This document shows, one piece after another, positions 1 to 9,756 of a stretch of DNA of 64,000 nucleotides. Location: the IMG/VR virus record IMGVR_UViG_3300001679_000053, positions 38,519 through 102,518 of that record; one strand, written 5' to 3'. This DNA comes from a virus. Made by a program: the position numbers and the translations under genes. Numbering within the stretch: position 1 is the stretch's first letter; every line of letters begins with the position of its first letter. Under the pieces are notes generated by a model. It was not told the DNA's origin. It did not search any database and saw only the letters and a list, made by a program, of their open reading frames with translations.

Positions 1-410
1 AGCGTCTGGAGTGCTTCCTTCATCAATATGTGGTGACCATGGGCAACATCTACGCAGATAAAGCTGGCACCTATTGCGCGCATCACAGAGGCACGATTAA
101 GGAAATCTCCACTGACCCCTACAGCAGCACCGACGCGTGCGGAGGGACCTATCTCTTCTATCGCGCTGGAAACCATGACTGTTTGTTGTTCAATGGTATT
201 ATACCTATGAATTACCGAACAGGCGCCGGCGGCCGCCAAGCTGACTGCCATCTCTTTTTCAGAGATTGTGTCCATCGGCGACGAAAGGAGGGGCAACTCT
301 AAAGCTAATCCGTTTCCAAGATCTGTGTCAGTCTCTATTTCACTCCGAGATCGGATGTCAGAGTACTGTGGAACGAGAAGTACATCATCGTAAGCTAAGG
401 AACGCTTCAT
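1..410 (-). CDS. IMP dehydrogenase / GMP reductase family protein, 5' part (runs off window; absent from ORF track)
   Basis: Manual translation from ATG at 410: MKRSLAYDDVLLVPQYSDIRSR...LPLLSSPMDTISE..MA...VIHRYN...VGAAVG...ICVDVAHGHH; classic IMPDH/GMPR motifs with no CBS subdomain; TAATG overlap with upstream gene. Confidence 0.9.
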   Translation of the reverse strand, partial: MKRSLAYDDVLLVPQYSDIRSRSEIETDTDLGNGLALELPLLSSPMDTISEKEMAVSLAAAGACSVIHRYNTIEQQTVMVSSAIEEIGPSARVGAAVGVSGDFLNRASVMRAIGASFICVDVAHGHHILMKEALQT

Positions 411-775
411 TATCGCTCCCTTTCAATAAAGTCAATGATTTCGGAACTTCGATACCACGTCAACTTATGCGGGTTCTCAGGATCTTCTAGGATTCGGATT
501 CTTTTCTTGGGGATCCCAACTTTCATTAACGAAAGAGTGGGTACCCCATTAAAGCCTAAAGCTTTTTCAATCAGGGGATGTTCGTCGATATTGAATGCAA
601 AAAAGTGAATGTCTGCGAATTCCTCCCTTTCTGCAATTGCTTCGTAGTATTCTTGCAGGTTGTGGCAAAGGTCGCAGGTGTTAGAATAAAATTTAATAAC
701 ACACGTTGCTGGCTCCCGAACTTGGCCGGCCATTATCTTATCCAGTGCTTGTTTCGATATTTTCTTTACTGACAT
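410..775 (-). CDS. thioredoxin-like protein
   Basis: VIKFYSNTCDLC (CxxC) and GVPT cis-Pro motif. Confidence 0.8.
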   Translation of the reverse strand: MSVKKISKQALDKIMAGQVREPATCVIKFYSNTCDLCHNLQEYYEAIAEREEFADIHFFAFNIDEHPLIEKALGFNGVPTLSLMKVGIPKKRIRILEDPENPHKLTWYRSSEIIDFIERER

Positions 776-1010
776 TTTCTAAAGCCTCCTGTGTCTTTTT
801 TATGCAGTGTGGGCAGAATAGCCTCACTACTTCTTGCTTGACTACAACACTCCACGATTGTATCATATCTTTGTCTTTCTTGTCAAATGGCTCATGACAA
901 GCATCACATTTCTGTGGCATTCTTCCGAACTGAGCAACTTTATCGGCGATGTCCTTGGAGGCTTGCGCACCTACGCTTTTTTCCATGGTGCGGCGCTCTC
1001 GACGATTCAC
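738..1010 (-). CDS. hypothetical protein, putative Zn ribbon
   Basis: CDAC...CPHC pairs; overlaps neighbours in operon. Confidence 0.6.
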   Translation of the reverse strand: MNRRERRTMEKSVGAQASKDIADKVAQFGRMPQKCDACHEPFDKKDKDMIQSWSVVVKQEVVRLFCPHCIKKTQEALENVSKENIETSTG

Positions 1011-1378
1011 TCTTCCTCTTCCTCAGCCGCGGTGGCAGTGTCGGCATGAACTTGCGCCACGCGGTCATATGTTCTAGAGATGCCCTCGGTCATGATCAAC
1101 TCCCCCTCTTTCTCTTCTACCTCTGGTTCTTCTTCCAGTGGGGACGCGGGAAGTGGAGGGACAGGGTATTGGTTTGCCACTTCCACAAGCGCAGGTGCAT
1201 GTTGCTGGAGTGTAATAAAAGCCCCCTCTAATTGCGCTAGTTGGAGAGAGTATTTTACAATATTTGAGGCGGTTTCGGTTGTGGATGGCTGTTTAGCAGC
1301 ATCTTTCATAAGCCCCATGATTTCATTAATTTGTGCCTGTAAGTTGTGCAGAGCAGCGGTTATAGTTTCGTGTGTCAC
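1007..1378 (-). CDS. hypothetical protein (helical N-terminus, acidic C-terminus)
   Basis: AGGAG RBS, tight operon packing. Confidence 0.6.
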   Translation of the reverse strand: MTHETITAALHNLQAQINEIMGLMKDAAKQPSTTETASNIVKYSLQLAQLEGAFITLQQHAPALVEVANQYPVPPLPASPLEEEPEVEEKEGELIMTEGISRTYDRVAQVHADTATAAEEEEE

Positions 1379-1390
1379 AATTATTTCTCC

Positions 1391-1864
1391 TTATCTGTTA
1401 ATTGCACCAAAAATTTGCTGTCGGTTGGTTCCGTCAAAAACAACCACCGCAGATGGGAAGGGGGCAGAGTTTTGACTGTCCCCAAACTTTAAGCGACCCT
1501 TCACGAAATACACTTCGTCAGCCTTCATAACGTGTTCATGCCAATACTTTGTGTCAGTACGCGCAGGAATCAGCATGGTTACGCTAGTATCCTCTTGTCG
1601 TGACTCCTGGTATGCTTTTTTAATCCACTTCTCGATGCCGCGGCCATAAGGAGGGTTAATAAAAGAATTAAAGCCCTCCCAACTTTTAGCTAGACCGTCT
1701 TCTGCTTCAGTGAAAAAATTAGCACACTTTGCATTGACGGGGCTTGCGCATGGATCGAGGGTAAAAATACCAAATCGCCAATTAAGTTTATCAAAGAAAT
1801 CTTGTGGTGTGGACCACTCGCCTGTCTTTGACGAAAACATAACCACCTGTGTGTTCTTATCCAT
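1391..1864 (-). CDS. phage-type DNA N6-adenine methyltransferase
   Basis: WSTPQDFF, LDPCA, FINPPY, LIPARTDT, GRLKF motifs. Confidence 0.9.
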   Translation of the reverse strand: MDKNTQVVMFSSKTGEWSTPQDFFDKLNWRFGIFTLDPCASPVNAKCANFFTEAEDGLAKSWEGFNSFINPPYGRGIEKWIKKAYQESRQEDTSVTMLIPARTDTKYWHEHVMKADEVYFVKGRLKFGDSQNSAPFPSAVVVFDGTNRQQIFGAINR

Positions 1865-2315
1865 CGGTGCTCCCTAGGGCTCCGCTGCCGCGTCTGCTTA
1901 TAGTCATGGGGTGCATATAAATTCTTTCCTCGCTAGTCTCAATGGCCCTAAAGTGAACAACCGGAATCATTACTAATTGTGCTATTTTATTACCGGGTAG
2001 AATGACTTGCATCTCACTGCCCACATTGTGTAGGTTGATAAAGACCTCGCCGTCATATCCCGAATCGATGACACAGGCGCCGACTATGAGTGAGCGCTTG
2101 GCTGCTACACTGCTTCTATTTTTCACTTCCAACATGTAGCCATGCGGTACTCCAAATTTTAAACCAGTCTCCAGAATCTTGCTTTCACCGGGATTAATCA
2201 AGACAGTAGCAGATTCCTTTGGCGAGAAAAATACATCTAAACCTGCATCCGAGGGGTTAGCTCGCTGGGGTTCAATAACCCCTGCGTGTACTTTGGCATA
2301 CTCAAGAATCATCAA
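1857..2315 (-). CDS. dut: dUTPase (trimeric)
   Basis: DAGLD, RSS, VIDSGYDGE, IAQL, RGSGALGSTD motifs. Confidence 0.95.
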   Translation of the reverse strand: MMILEYAKVHAGVIEPQRANPSDAGLDVFFSPKESATVLINPGESKILETGLKFGVPHGYMLEVKNRSSVAAKRSLIVGACVIDSGYDGEVFINLHNVGSEMQVILPGNKIAQLVMIPVVHFRAIETSEERIYMHPMTISRRGSGALGSTDG

Positions 2316-2556
2316 CCTCTCCAGAGATCATTTCGAAGTTCTCTACAACTTCGTCAATATTGAACTTACCCTTGAAAAGACGGTAAGCCTTTACGGCGGC
2401 CCGGATCTCGTCTGTGTTAAGCCAGCCATTCTCTCGGAACTCAGAGCGTAGTTCGCGCTTTTGTTCCTGGTATGGTTCGATGCATCCCTCAATTGCTGAT
2501 AGGGAACGGATGTATTCCTTAACGTATTGCTTCTTCTCGTTGTGTGTTGTGGCCAT
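2302..2556 (-). CDS. small dsDNA-binding protein, GapR/T4 DsbA-like
   Basis: 84 aa helical pattern YIRSLSAIE..IEPYQEQKRELRSEFRENGW...IRAAVKAYR resembles GapR/DsbA; own promoter and AGGAG RBS. Confidence 0.5.
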   Translation of the reverse strand: MATTHNEKKQYVKEYIRSLSAIEGCIEPYQEQKRELRSEFRENGWLNTDEIRAAVKAYRLFKGKFNIDEVVENFEMISGEVDDS

Positions 2557-2580
2557 TAGGCTCTCCTTTGTTACTCTATT

Positions 2581-2609
2581 AATATAGCATCATCGGGGGA
2601 TGCTGTCAA
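2581..2609 (-). promoter_or_regulatory. sigma70-type promoter
   Basis: TTGACA-17-TATATT with TG extended -10. Confidence 0.8.
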
Positions 2610-2615
2610 GTCGTT

Positions 2616-3317
2616 TTAGACGTGAATCTTAAAAAGTTGTAAAATAAATCTTCTCACGAGAACATTCTTTTGTTCATCGGTTTCAGATTCAGAAAAAAGA
2701 TAGTTATAGGTATCTTTTTCTTTATGAATAGTTAAGTTGATTCTTTGGGATTCTCGCTTCATCCACCGAATTTGCTGTTTATAGTTGCGTGATTGTGTGA
2801 CACGGAACCGCTCTGCTAAGTCAAGCAATACAAAATATTTCTTCTCGTCGAGCGCGCTTTTAGCTTCTTTAAACAATACCAGATTTTCCATCCCCTGTTC
2901 AATAGTTACCTGTCTGCCCACTTTATCGGGGTGTAATTTTAATGCAAGCCTCTTGAATAGTTTTTTAAAAGACTCATGAATTTCTAAATCATCTTGTGTA
3001 TCGCTATATTCAGTTTCTGGCTCTTCTGATTCACCAATATAAAGGACAAGGGCGGCCGCGCTAGCATTTTCAAAATCTGGAAACTCTTCCGGAGAAATTT
3101 TTGGAGCTTTCTTGCCATACAGCTTGTCAATGATATCGCTGTTTTGGGCGTTTAATTTAGCCAAATCCAAGCCATTCTCGGCTGCAAACCTAACGTAATA
3201 CTCCTGAAACTGCGGGCCCGTCTCTTTGTTTATTTCTTCCACTAGGGACTTTTCATTATGAAGAAATCGTATTTCATTTACCATTCTCTTCCATCTTATT
3301 TTATCTGATGCAGCCAT
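2616..3317 (-). CDS. J-domain (DnaJ-like) co-chaperone
   Basis: FKKLFKRLALKLHPDK with HPD motif. Confidence 0.8.
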   Translation of the reverse strand: MAASDKIRWKRMVNEIRFLHNEKSLVEEINKETGPQFQEYYVRFAAENGLDLAKLNAQNSDIIDKLYGKKAPKISPEEFPDFENASAAALVLYIGESEEPETEYSDTQDDLEIHESFKKLFKRLALKLHPDKVGRQVTIEQGMENLVLFKEAKSALDEKKYFVLLDLAERFRVTQSRNYKQQIRWMKRESQRINLTIHKEKDTYNYLFSESETDEQKNVLVRRFILQLFKIHV

Positions 3318-3336
3318 GCTATAGAACCCCGCACCT

Positions 3337-3343
3337 TAAATAG
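3337..3343 (-). promoter_or_regulatory. putative late promoter motif CTANTTA
   Basis: CTATTTA in gap upstream of J-domain gene. Confidence 0.45.
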
Positions 3344-3352
3344 CCCGCGGAC

Positions 3353-3958
3353 CTACTTAAACTCAAAATCCACGGTAGCTTTAATCTTTAGCTCTGGGAT
3401 GTGTAAATGATTGGCTAAGTTGTACTTCTTACACTCGTCTGCTTCTAAAAACCAGTCAGCGTGGCTTTTTTCATGTACAATATCTAAAAAATAATCTTTA
3501 TGGTGCCCACAGTTCTCTGCCATCATCGAATATATTTTTTGATTAAGTCGTTCTGTTTCTTCGGCCGAGGCTTTAATCTCTTCGACTTTCCCAATTTCCA
3601 TCGAGCTTACGTCGTGAATCATAAGAGTGGCGTCTGGGTCCATATATCTGTACCCCTCGGTACCGAAACTAAACAAGATAGCTCCGCATGACATTGCCTT
3701 ACCTTGCACAATGGTGGCCACTGGGATTTTTGAATGCCTGATGTCGGAAATCATCGCCATTAGACTGTAGACCTGTCCTCCGTAACTATCTATAATAACA
3801 GGGACCACAGGTTGACCCGAGTTTTGCGCTTTGCTCATCAAATTTGAAAACTCTTTAGCTGCAGGCTCATCAAACTTGCGTACTCTGATTAACGTGGGGA
3901 GGTCATCAATAAATTTAGGTTCCTTCAAGAGAGGGCTAAAATATTTCATAACGTTCAT
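3353..3958 (-). CDS. clpP: ClpP-like serine protease subunit
   Basis: IDSYGGQV, AMSCG (catalytic Ser), MIHD (catalytic His), WFLEADEC. Confidence 0.9.
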   Translation of the reverse strand: MNVMKYFSPLLKEPKFIDDLPTLIRVRKFDEPAAKEFSNLMSKAQNSGQPVVPVIIDSYGGQVYSLMAMISDIRHSKIPVATIVQGKAMSCGAILFSFGTEGYRYMDPDATLMIHDVSSMEIGKVEEIKASAEETERLNQKIYSMMAENCGHHKDYFLDIVHEKSHADWFLEADECKKYNLANHLHIPELKIKATVDFEFK

Positions 3959-3961
3959 ACT

Positions 3962-6900
3962 CTATCCTAATAGCCTAAATGTTTGTCCGATAGCATAGGT
4001 TGAAAAGCCCCAGTTCTCATCATACTTTAACTTAGCCATGTAGGGTCGGTTTAAGTGAATCTTATCTTTCTCGGGTTTAACTGCCCAGCACCTAATTCTA
4101 GTTAGTTCGTTGTTAGAGTCAATCACCTCAACGATCCAATAAAGCTTTCCATTTTTGGTCTTGCGCGCTGTGATCTGGCGTGGAATAAACCAACACACCT
4201 GAAGCTCTGGATCAAACTCAGAAATTGGGGGGATAAACTTTTCTTTAAGCTTCTGGATCATCTCTGGTCCAATTACTAGGTTCATCGGGAATACTCCCGT
4301 GAGATCCGTCTTGAACTGGATGATCTCTGCTTCTGTAAAGTCCCCCTCGGGTCTATACAACTCTATGTTGTCTGCTAGCTTCTTAAGATTCTTAGGGCGG
4401 TTAACCACACAAGAAGACCAGAAGTGTTTACGTCCCGTAAAGCGATCATCTACAATCTGATCCAGCGCTCCACCTCGACACAAAGCATCTAGTGCCTTCT
4501 TATTAAGTTTGCTGTAGGATACCCCTTCGCGGAACAATAGATCCTCTGCGTTCATGAAGGGGCGATTCTCTAATACCTGTTCGATAGCTGCCATGCCAAG
4601 CCCCTTAATGGATGTAAGCGGCTGGATTAGTGTCTTTCCATCTTTGCTAATCTCCCACACAACGCCTGATTTATTGACATCAAGTGGTTCGATATTAAAT
4701 CCGTGGCTCTTGACTGTGTTGATGGCGCGTTCTTTGCGTGCTTCCGGCTCTTTGTCCAGAAACGCTGCGGCCCACTCTGCAGTATAATAAGTCCAGAGCC
4801 ATGCACACTGGTAAGAAATGATACTATATGCTGTTGCATGGTTCTTAGAGAAACCATACTTAGCAAAGCCTTCCATAAGTTCCCAGATCTCTTCTGCAGT
4901 TCTGATGGACATTCCCTTTTCGTTCGCTCCTTGAACAAACTGCTGCTTAAACTCAATCAGGAGATGTTCTTTACCTGTGCCGCGCTTGGTCAAAAGCTTG
5001 CGGATAGTATTACCATCGTCTCGGGAAATGTCCTTGCCAATCCGGTGAGTGATCTCAGAAATCTGCTCTTGGAAAATAACATGGCCATAACTCTCTTCTG
5101 TTATCTCTTTGAAGAGGGGGTGGTACCACTCGATGTCAGCATGCCCTTCCTTGGCGGCAATGTACTGTTCGTGGACCTTGGCTGACAATGGCCCGGGACG
5201 AAAGATACTGGTGACCGCGGAGATCTCCGCAATATTCGTAGGCTTTACACTCTTACAAAATTCTTGAGCCCCTGAGTTAGTGAACTGAAAAGTTCCTGCG
5301 AACTTGCCGCGATGAAAAACATTCTTATATACCTTCTGATCGTTCAAATCAATAGCGTCGGGGTGGAGCTTTTCGTTATAATACTTTTTGATATCCTCGA
5401 ACGTCGGCTCTTCTATTCCGTGATGGCGTCGAAGAATATGTTCGATGCAACCCTCAATCATCTTTAACGTTGAAAGCCCAAGCAAATCAAACTTAATGAA
5501 GCCCAGCGGCTCAAGGTGACGAACGTTCTGTCCTTCAGCCCAAGGCGACTGGCGCACTCCACCACTATTAATAAGCGGCATGTTCTCATTAAGATTCTCA
5601 GAGACGAGCAGCCCTCCTGCATGTCGTGAACATGAGCGTACCTGCCCAACCAAGCCGGCTACACGTGCAGCCACCTCGGGGTAGCGAGCCAGGTATGTCC
5701 TAAGTGTAGGAGAGAACTCCAACACCTCTTCCCATGTCGGTACATACACGCCGGCAGTGATGCCGTGGCGCTGTTTGGAGGGACCTGTGGCTTCACGCAT
5801 CATGACGCTGGTTACAGTGTTGACCTCAGTGAATGGAATCTCATACAGTTTAGAAATGTCCTTAATAAGTGAGCGTAGTTGAAGAGTATTCCAGTTGGAG
5901 ATGGGTGCTACGCGGTCGGCGCCCCACTTCTCAATCAGCCTCTCCTTCAGAGCCATGCTGTCGGATACATCGGTATCAATATCGGGGTAGTCTGTAGCGT
6001 CTGAACGCAGGAAGCGTTCGAAGGGTAGGTTATATTTGATAGGATCAATCTGGGTGATTTTCAGCACATACGCCACCAGCGATCCACATGCGCTGCCGCG
6101 GCCTGGTCCAACCAGCATAATGTCTGCAGCTTCGTCAGTGATCGCCTTCATCGTCAGGAAATATTTACTGAAGCCGCGGCCGTCAATAACGTCTAACTCA
6201 TATTTCAGTCGCTTAACATATTCAGGATTTTTATGAAGATCCATAAGTCGGAGCCCATCAATCGCATAGCGTAGAAGCGCTTCCGTAGCTGTTGCTCCCT
6301 CTGGAACTACAAAGTCTGGCAGCCGCACAGTGGCGTCTGGCATGAAGTTTTCGATTCGCTCATGAGCAATCCGATAAGTCTCCTCGATGCTCTCTAATAC
6401 CAGATCATCATCGTAACTGAAATCACTATCTTCTGTGTACTTCTGGTAACTCTCCCACATCTGATCACCGTTCTTGGGATATAGCTCATAACCAATTACG
6501 TCTACCGATTCAGGAAGTACCTCTTCTTTTTCTCCGTCAGTCTCTTGTCCTTTCTTCCATTGTGGTTTTCCCTTCCCAAGCCAGCCGAGGCGCTTATACA
6601 TCTCTCTATCTTTCCAAGCTTCAGGGTTCGGGTAATGGCTGTCTGCGGTAGAAATTAGTTTAAGGTCAAAGTCCTTTGCCATTTGAATAATGTATTGATT
6701 CAACTCATGCTGTTCTTGAATGTTGTTCCACTGTAATTCGGCGTACCATCTGTCTCCGAAAATAGATTGCATTTCCACTGTCGTTTCACGCATAGCGTTT
6801 AAAACAGCCTCTGGTCCCTTCTCGCGGTTCTCCCAGTAGTTTCCAGCGTACACCCCACCCAAGCATGCAGACGCAGCGATAACGCCTTCTGAGTGCTTCC

Positions 6901-7417
6901 GGAGCAGATCATAGTCCATTCGCGGGTACCGATAGAAATAATCATCGGTATAGCTGTGAGATATTAGCTTGAATAAATTGTTTAGTCCCGTCTGATTTTG
7001 TGCTAGGAGAATAAGGTGTCGCCGGCGCTTCAAGATCGGCTGTGCATTCTTAGTATCTCCTTCATCCTCGACTGTGGCTCCGGACTGTGTGTCCTTCTTT
7101 GCGCTGCGGGCTTTCTTCTTGTCTGCCATCTCAGTATCATACGCTTCGCGCCACTCTTTAATCGATGTGGTAAAGTATGCCTCCACCCCGAAGATGGGTT
7201 TAAAATCTCTCCCTTCCGCTTTCATCTTCTTGGCATGGAGCACCTGCCACGAAAGACCATTCATGTTTCCATGATCCGTCAGTGCTAAGGCGTCCGAGCC
7301 ATTCTCATATGCAAAATCCATATGCTCTTGCGGGTATCCCACCGCATCAAAAATAGAGCCTGCAACTGAATGTGCGTGCAGACCAACAAACTTAATCTTG
7401 GATTCTTGACGATCCAT
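3962..7417 (-). CDS. dnaE: DNA polymerase III alpha subunit (family C)
   Basis: PHP domain (HAHS, TDHG, GVEAY, SACLGG, DSHY), GPGRGSA, PDIDTD, KFDLLGL, YGFSKNH, C-terminal OB fold. Confidence 0.97.
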   Translation of the reverse strand: MDRQESKIKFVGLHAHSVAGSIFDAVGYPQEHMDFAYENGSDALALTDHGNMNGLSWQVLHAKKMKAEGRDFKPIFGVEAYFTTSIKEWREAYDTEMADKKKARSAKKDTQSGATVEDEGDTKNAQPILKRRRHLILLAQNQTGLNNLFKLISHSYTDDYFYRYPRMDYDLLRKHSEGVIAASACLGGVYAGNYWENREKGPEAVLNAMRETTVEMQSIFGDRWYAELQWNNIQEQHELNQYIIQMAKDFDLKLISTADSHYPNPEAWKDREMYKRLGWLGKGKPQWKKGQETDGEKEEVLPESVDVIGYELYPKNGDQMWESYQKYTEDSDFSYDDDLVLESIEETYRIAHERIENFMPDATVRLPDFVVPEGATATEALLRYAIDGLRLMDLHKNPEYVKRLKYELDVIDGRGFSKYFLTMKAITDEAADIMLVGPGRGSACGSLVAYVLKITQIDPIKYNLPFERFLRSDATDYPDIDTDVSDSMALKERLIEKWGADRVAPISNWNTLQLRSLIKDISKLYEIPFTEVNTVTSVMMREATGPSKQRHGITAGVYVPTWEEVLEFSPTLRTYLARYPEVAARVAGLVGQVRSCSRHAGGLLVSENLNENMPLINSGGVRQSPWAEGQNVRHLEPLGFIKFDLLGLSTLKMIEGCIEHILRRHHGIEEPTFEDIKKYYNEKLHPDAIDLNDQKVYKNVFHRGKFAGTFQFTNSGAQEFCKSVKPTNIAEISAVTSIFRPGPLSAKVHEQYIAAKEGHADIEWYHPLFKEITEESYGHVIFQEQISEITHRIGKDISRDDGNTIRKLLTKRGTGKEHLLIEFKQQFVQGANEKGMSIRTAEEIWELMEGFAKYGFSKNHATAYSIISYQCAWLWTYYTAEWAAAFLDKEPEARKERAINTVKSHGFNIEPLDVNKSGVVWEISKDGKTLIQPLTSIKGLGMAAIEQVLENRPFMNAEDLLFREGVSYSKLNKKALDALCRGGALDQIVDDRFTGRKHFWSSCVVNRPKNLKKLADNIELYRPEGDFTEAEIIQFKTDLTGVFPMNLVIGPEMIQKLKEKFIPPISEFDPELQVCWFIPRQITARKTKNGKLYWIVEVIDSNNELTRIRCWAVKPEKDKIHLNRPYMAKLKYDENWGFSTYAIGQTFRLLG

Positions 7418-8295
7418 TATTCCTCCGAGGTATATGGTAATTTAACATGTATGTGGGGTTTTGTCAACCCCTCTTCAGGAGTATTTATTATATTGTCTGA
7501 AGATAGAAAATTACGATACCCACTCCAATTAGAGATATCGTAATGCCAATCAAGCTCTACTTTGTGAGCATTTTTATCGTCTACTGCCTCAAAAACGTCT
7601 TCCAGAGTGAAGTATCGGGCTGACCACCGGTCTTGCAGTGGTAATTTTTGGCTTGGGTACTGCTGGCCCGGTGAAGGGGGTAAATATTCCCTTGTTGTCT
7701 TTTGGTTTACTGTTCTTCGGCATAATTTAAAGTCTTCTCCTGTCATTGTAAATGAAATTGGTAAATTATTTTTAATATGGTTTTGTTTGTGAGTGAAGAA
7801 AAAATTCTTCTTTGGATCCGAGATTTCTCGGCGCCAGGTTCTCACTTGGTATACATCAAATGCCGAAAGAGGAAACGAAATATAATATTTGTCGGGTGTG
7901 ATCCATTGAGAAATATTATGAGCGACTCTCCAAGCACAGTGTATGCCATATAAAACCGACCACCCATAAGAATCACGTCTATCGCGATCCTTCGGGTGAA
8001 TCGGTACGTAGTAAATAGGTATTTCTTTTCGTTGTTCCGAACTAAATTTGGCTGGACTGTGATAATATACCGGATCATATACCCAGTCACCCACGATTTC
8101 TCTAATAACAGGAGCCAAATCATCGTTTGCCACAATCCAAATAGTATTGCATCCAGCCATGGCACACTCAAAAACTGATTTCTGAATAGCTGAAAATCCA
8201 TGACCAATAGGTAGAAGAACTTCCGGTATCGCCACCTGAAAATTAGTCTTAAGATTAGCTAAGGGTATTATGCCTGCTAGGTGCAAACGGCTCAT
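7417..8295 (-). CDS. sugar-phosphate nucleotidyltransferase-fold protein (degenerate signature)
   Basis: AGIIPLAN...LLPIG...ECAMAGCNTIWIV, late WHYDI motif; GxGTR absent. Confidence 0.55.
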   Translation of the reverse strand: MSRLHLAGIIPLANLKTNFQVAIPEVLLPIGHGFSAIQKSVFECAMAGCNTIWIVANDDLAPVIREIVGDWVYDPVYYHSPAKFSSEQRKEIPIYYVPIHPKDRDRRDSYGWSVLYGIHCAWRVAHNISQWITPDKYYISFPLSAFDVYQVRTWRREISDPKKNFFFTHKQNHIKNNLPISFTMTGEDFKLCRRTVNQKTTREYLPPSPGQQYPSQKLPLQDRWSARYFTLEDVFEAVDDKNAHKVELDWHYDISNWSGYRNFLSSDNIINTPEEGLTKPHIHVKLPYTSEE

Positions 8296-9179
8296 AAATA
8301 TTTTAAAAATCTATCGTAGGCCACGCTAGCGGACGACAAAGAATTAAGCAAACTTTGTGTACTTTGCTTCGGAATCGTGACATTCGCTTCACTCGGTGTG
8401 GCTTCAGTTCTTTGCTGATGCGTTTGGCGTCCAATGCTAGTTGTTCTAAATTTGTAATGTTTCGGGTTTCCGGCTGTTGTGTATCCACCTGCAAATTGTC
8501 CTTTCATTCCTCTGGATTCCATTTCATGAATGGTTTTAAAGCGCGCCATTGTTTCGGAATGATCAAAATCCAATAGCTGTTGTTCTGTTAGTGTTGATAC
8601 CGCACAAGCATCTCTAACAGGAGTATTTCCATCAATACGGTCGGAAGAATAAAACCATATCTCGCTGACAAAATCATCATTTGTGCGAATATGGTCGATT
8701 TCATGCTTGCCGCCTTTATTGAATGCAATATAATCATAACATATATATGTGGTCTCGTCAAGAGATTTCTCGGTGGCCAGTCCGGCGGCTGATTGATCGC
8801 CAAAGTATAAGCACTCATTAAACTTCAATTCAAAAATCTTCGAATATTCATTAGAACAAACGAGAGTATCACCATTATAACGCATCGTGTGACACAAATT
8901 CGAAAGGGGCGCCTTGCCATCTAAAGAAAGCAAAAACAGCAACCTCTCCCACAGAACGCTTTTCGGGATGCCTATAAGTTTTTCTTCTTCAAACGTCGTT
9001 AAACTTTTAGGAGGCCGGCTGGGGGCCTTCAAAAAAGTCAAGTCTTGGCCTGGTTCCAAATAGTCAAATCTAAAGGGTCGTTGTGCCTTTGTAAAAAAAA
9101 TAGGACAGTTATTGTTGAATGCGTAAAGAACAGCGTCCAAGCAACTTCCTACCACTATTTTATCGTACTCAAATATCAA
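8292..9179 (-). CDS. hypothetical protein with Rossmann-like N-terminus
   Basis: YDKIVVGSCLDAVLYA resembles FAD-binding start but lacks GxGxxG; TTG start. Confidence 0.55.
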   Translation of the reverse strand: MIFEYDKIVVGSCLDAVLYAFNNNCPIFFTKAQRPFRFDYLEPGQDLTFLKAPSRPPKSLTTFEEEKLIGIPKSVLWERLLFLLSLDGKAPLSNLCHTMRYNGDTLVCSNEYSKIFELKFNECLYFGDQSAAGLATEKSLDETTYICYDYIAFNKGGKHEIDHIRTNDDFVSEIWFYSSDRIDGNTPVRDACAVSTLTEQQLLDFDHSETMARFKTIHEMESRGMKGQFAGGYTTAGNPKHYKFRTTSIGRQTHQQRTEATPSEANVTIPKQSTQSLLNSLSSASVAYDRFLKYL

Positions 9180-9186
9180 TTGTTAT

Positions 9187-9215
9187 ATTATAACTTAGTT
9201 GACTTTGTTTGTCAA
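9187..9215 (-). promoter_or_regulatory. sigma70-type promoter for the dnaE operon
   Basis: perfect TTGACA-17-TATAAT. Confidence 0.85.
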
Positions 9216-9752
9216 TTATTTTTGGCGGATTCCATAAGAATCGAAACCACCATAATACCAGATAGGGTGCATTATATGATAACGTTGGCGGTAGTGTAAC
9301 CACCCTAATGCGTGGCCAAATTCGTGTTCTAACACTCGATCTTTTCGTGCATATTTAGGTAAAACAAATATTTTAGCTTTCACAATGGCACCTGTTGTCG
9401 TGTCCGTATATAAGCGTGTGGATGCCATATTAGAATTGGCAAATCCAGACTCGGGTAAAGTTATTATTATTTCTCCCATCTTGGGGTTCATACACATGCT
9501 AAAATTATCCTTTTTCACGATACCAAATTCATACCCGAGCCGGCTCCAATATTCAACCGCATTATATACCCGGGACAAAGAGACCTCAGACGTTGCACAG
9601 ACACGCACACTGGGTGGGCTTTTCCACTCCGCTTTGCGCTTGGGCTCACCCAGCGCAAAAACTTCCATAGGAATGGTATCATTTATCTTTAGAATCGCCT
9701 CTTCGTGTGTCACCAATCCCACGCAACTCAAGAAGAGAAGTATAATGCCCAT
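9216..9752 (-). CDS. matrixin-like (metzincin) zinc metalloprotease, exported
   Basis: HEFGHALGWLH and Met-turn HIMHP; hydrophobic N-terminus ending LSC. Confidence 0.85.
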   Translation of the reverse strand: MGIILLFLSCVGLVTHEEAILKINDTIPMEVFALGEPKRKAEWKSPPSVRVCATSEVSLSRVYNAVEYWSRLGYEFGIVKKDNFSMCMNPKMGEIIITLPESGFANSNMASTRLYTDTTTGAIVKAKIFVLPKYARKDRVLEHEFGHALGWLHYRQRYHIMHPIWYYGGFDSYGIRQK

Positions 9753-9756
9753 GCAT

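Noticed and set aside
30-490. Plus-strand ORFs 30..302 and 266..490
   Set aside because: They overlap the minus-strand IMPDH/GMPR frame, which has clear family motifs.
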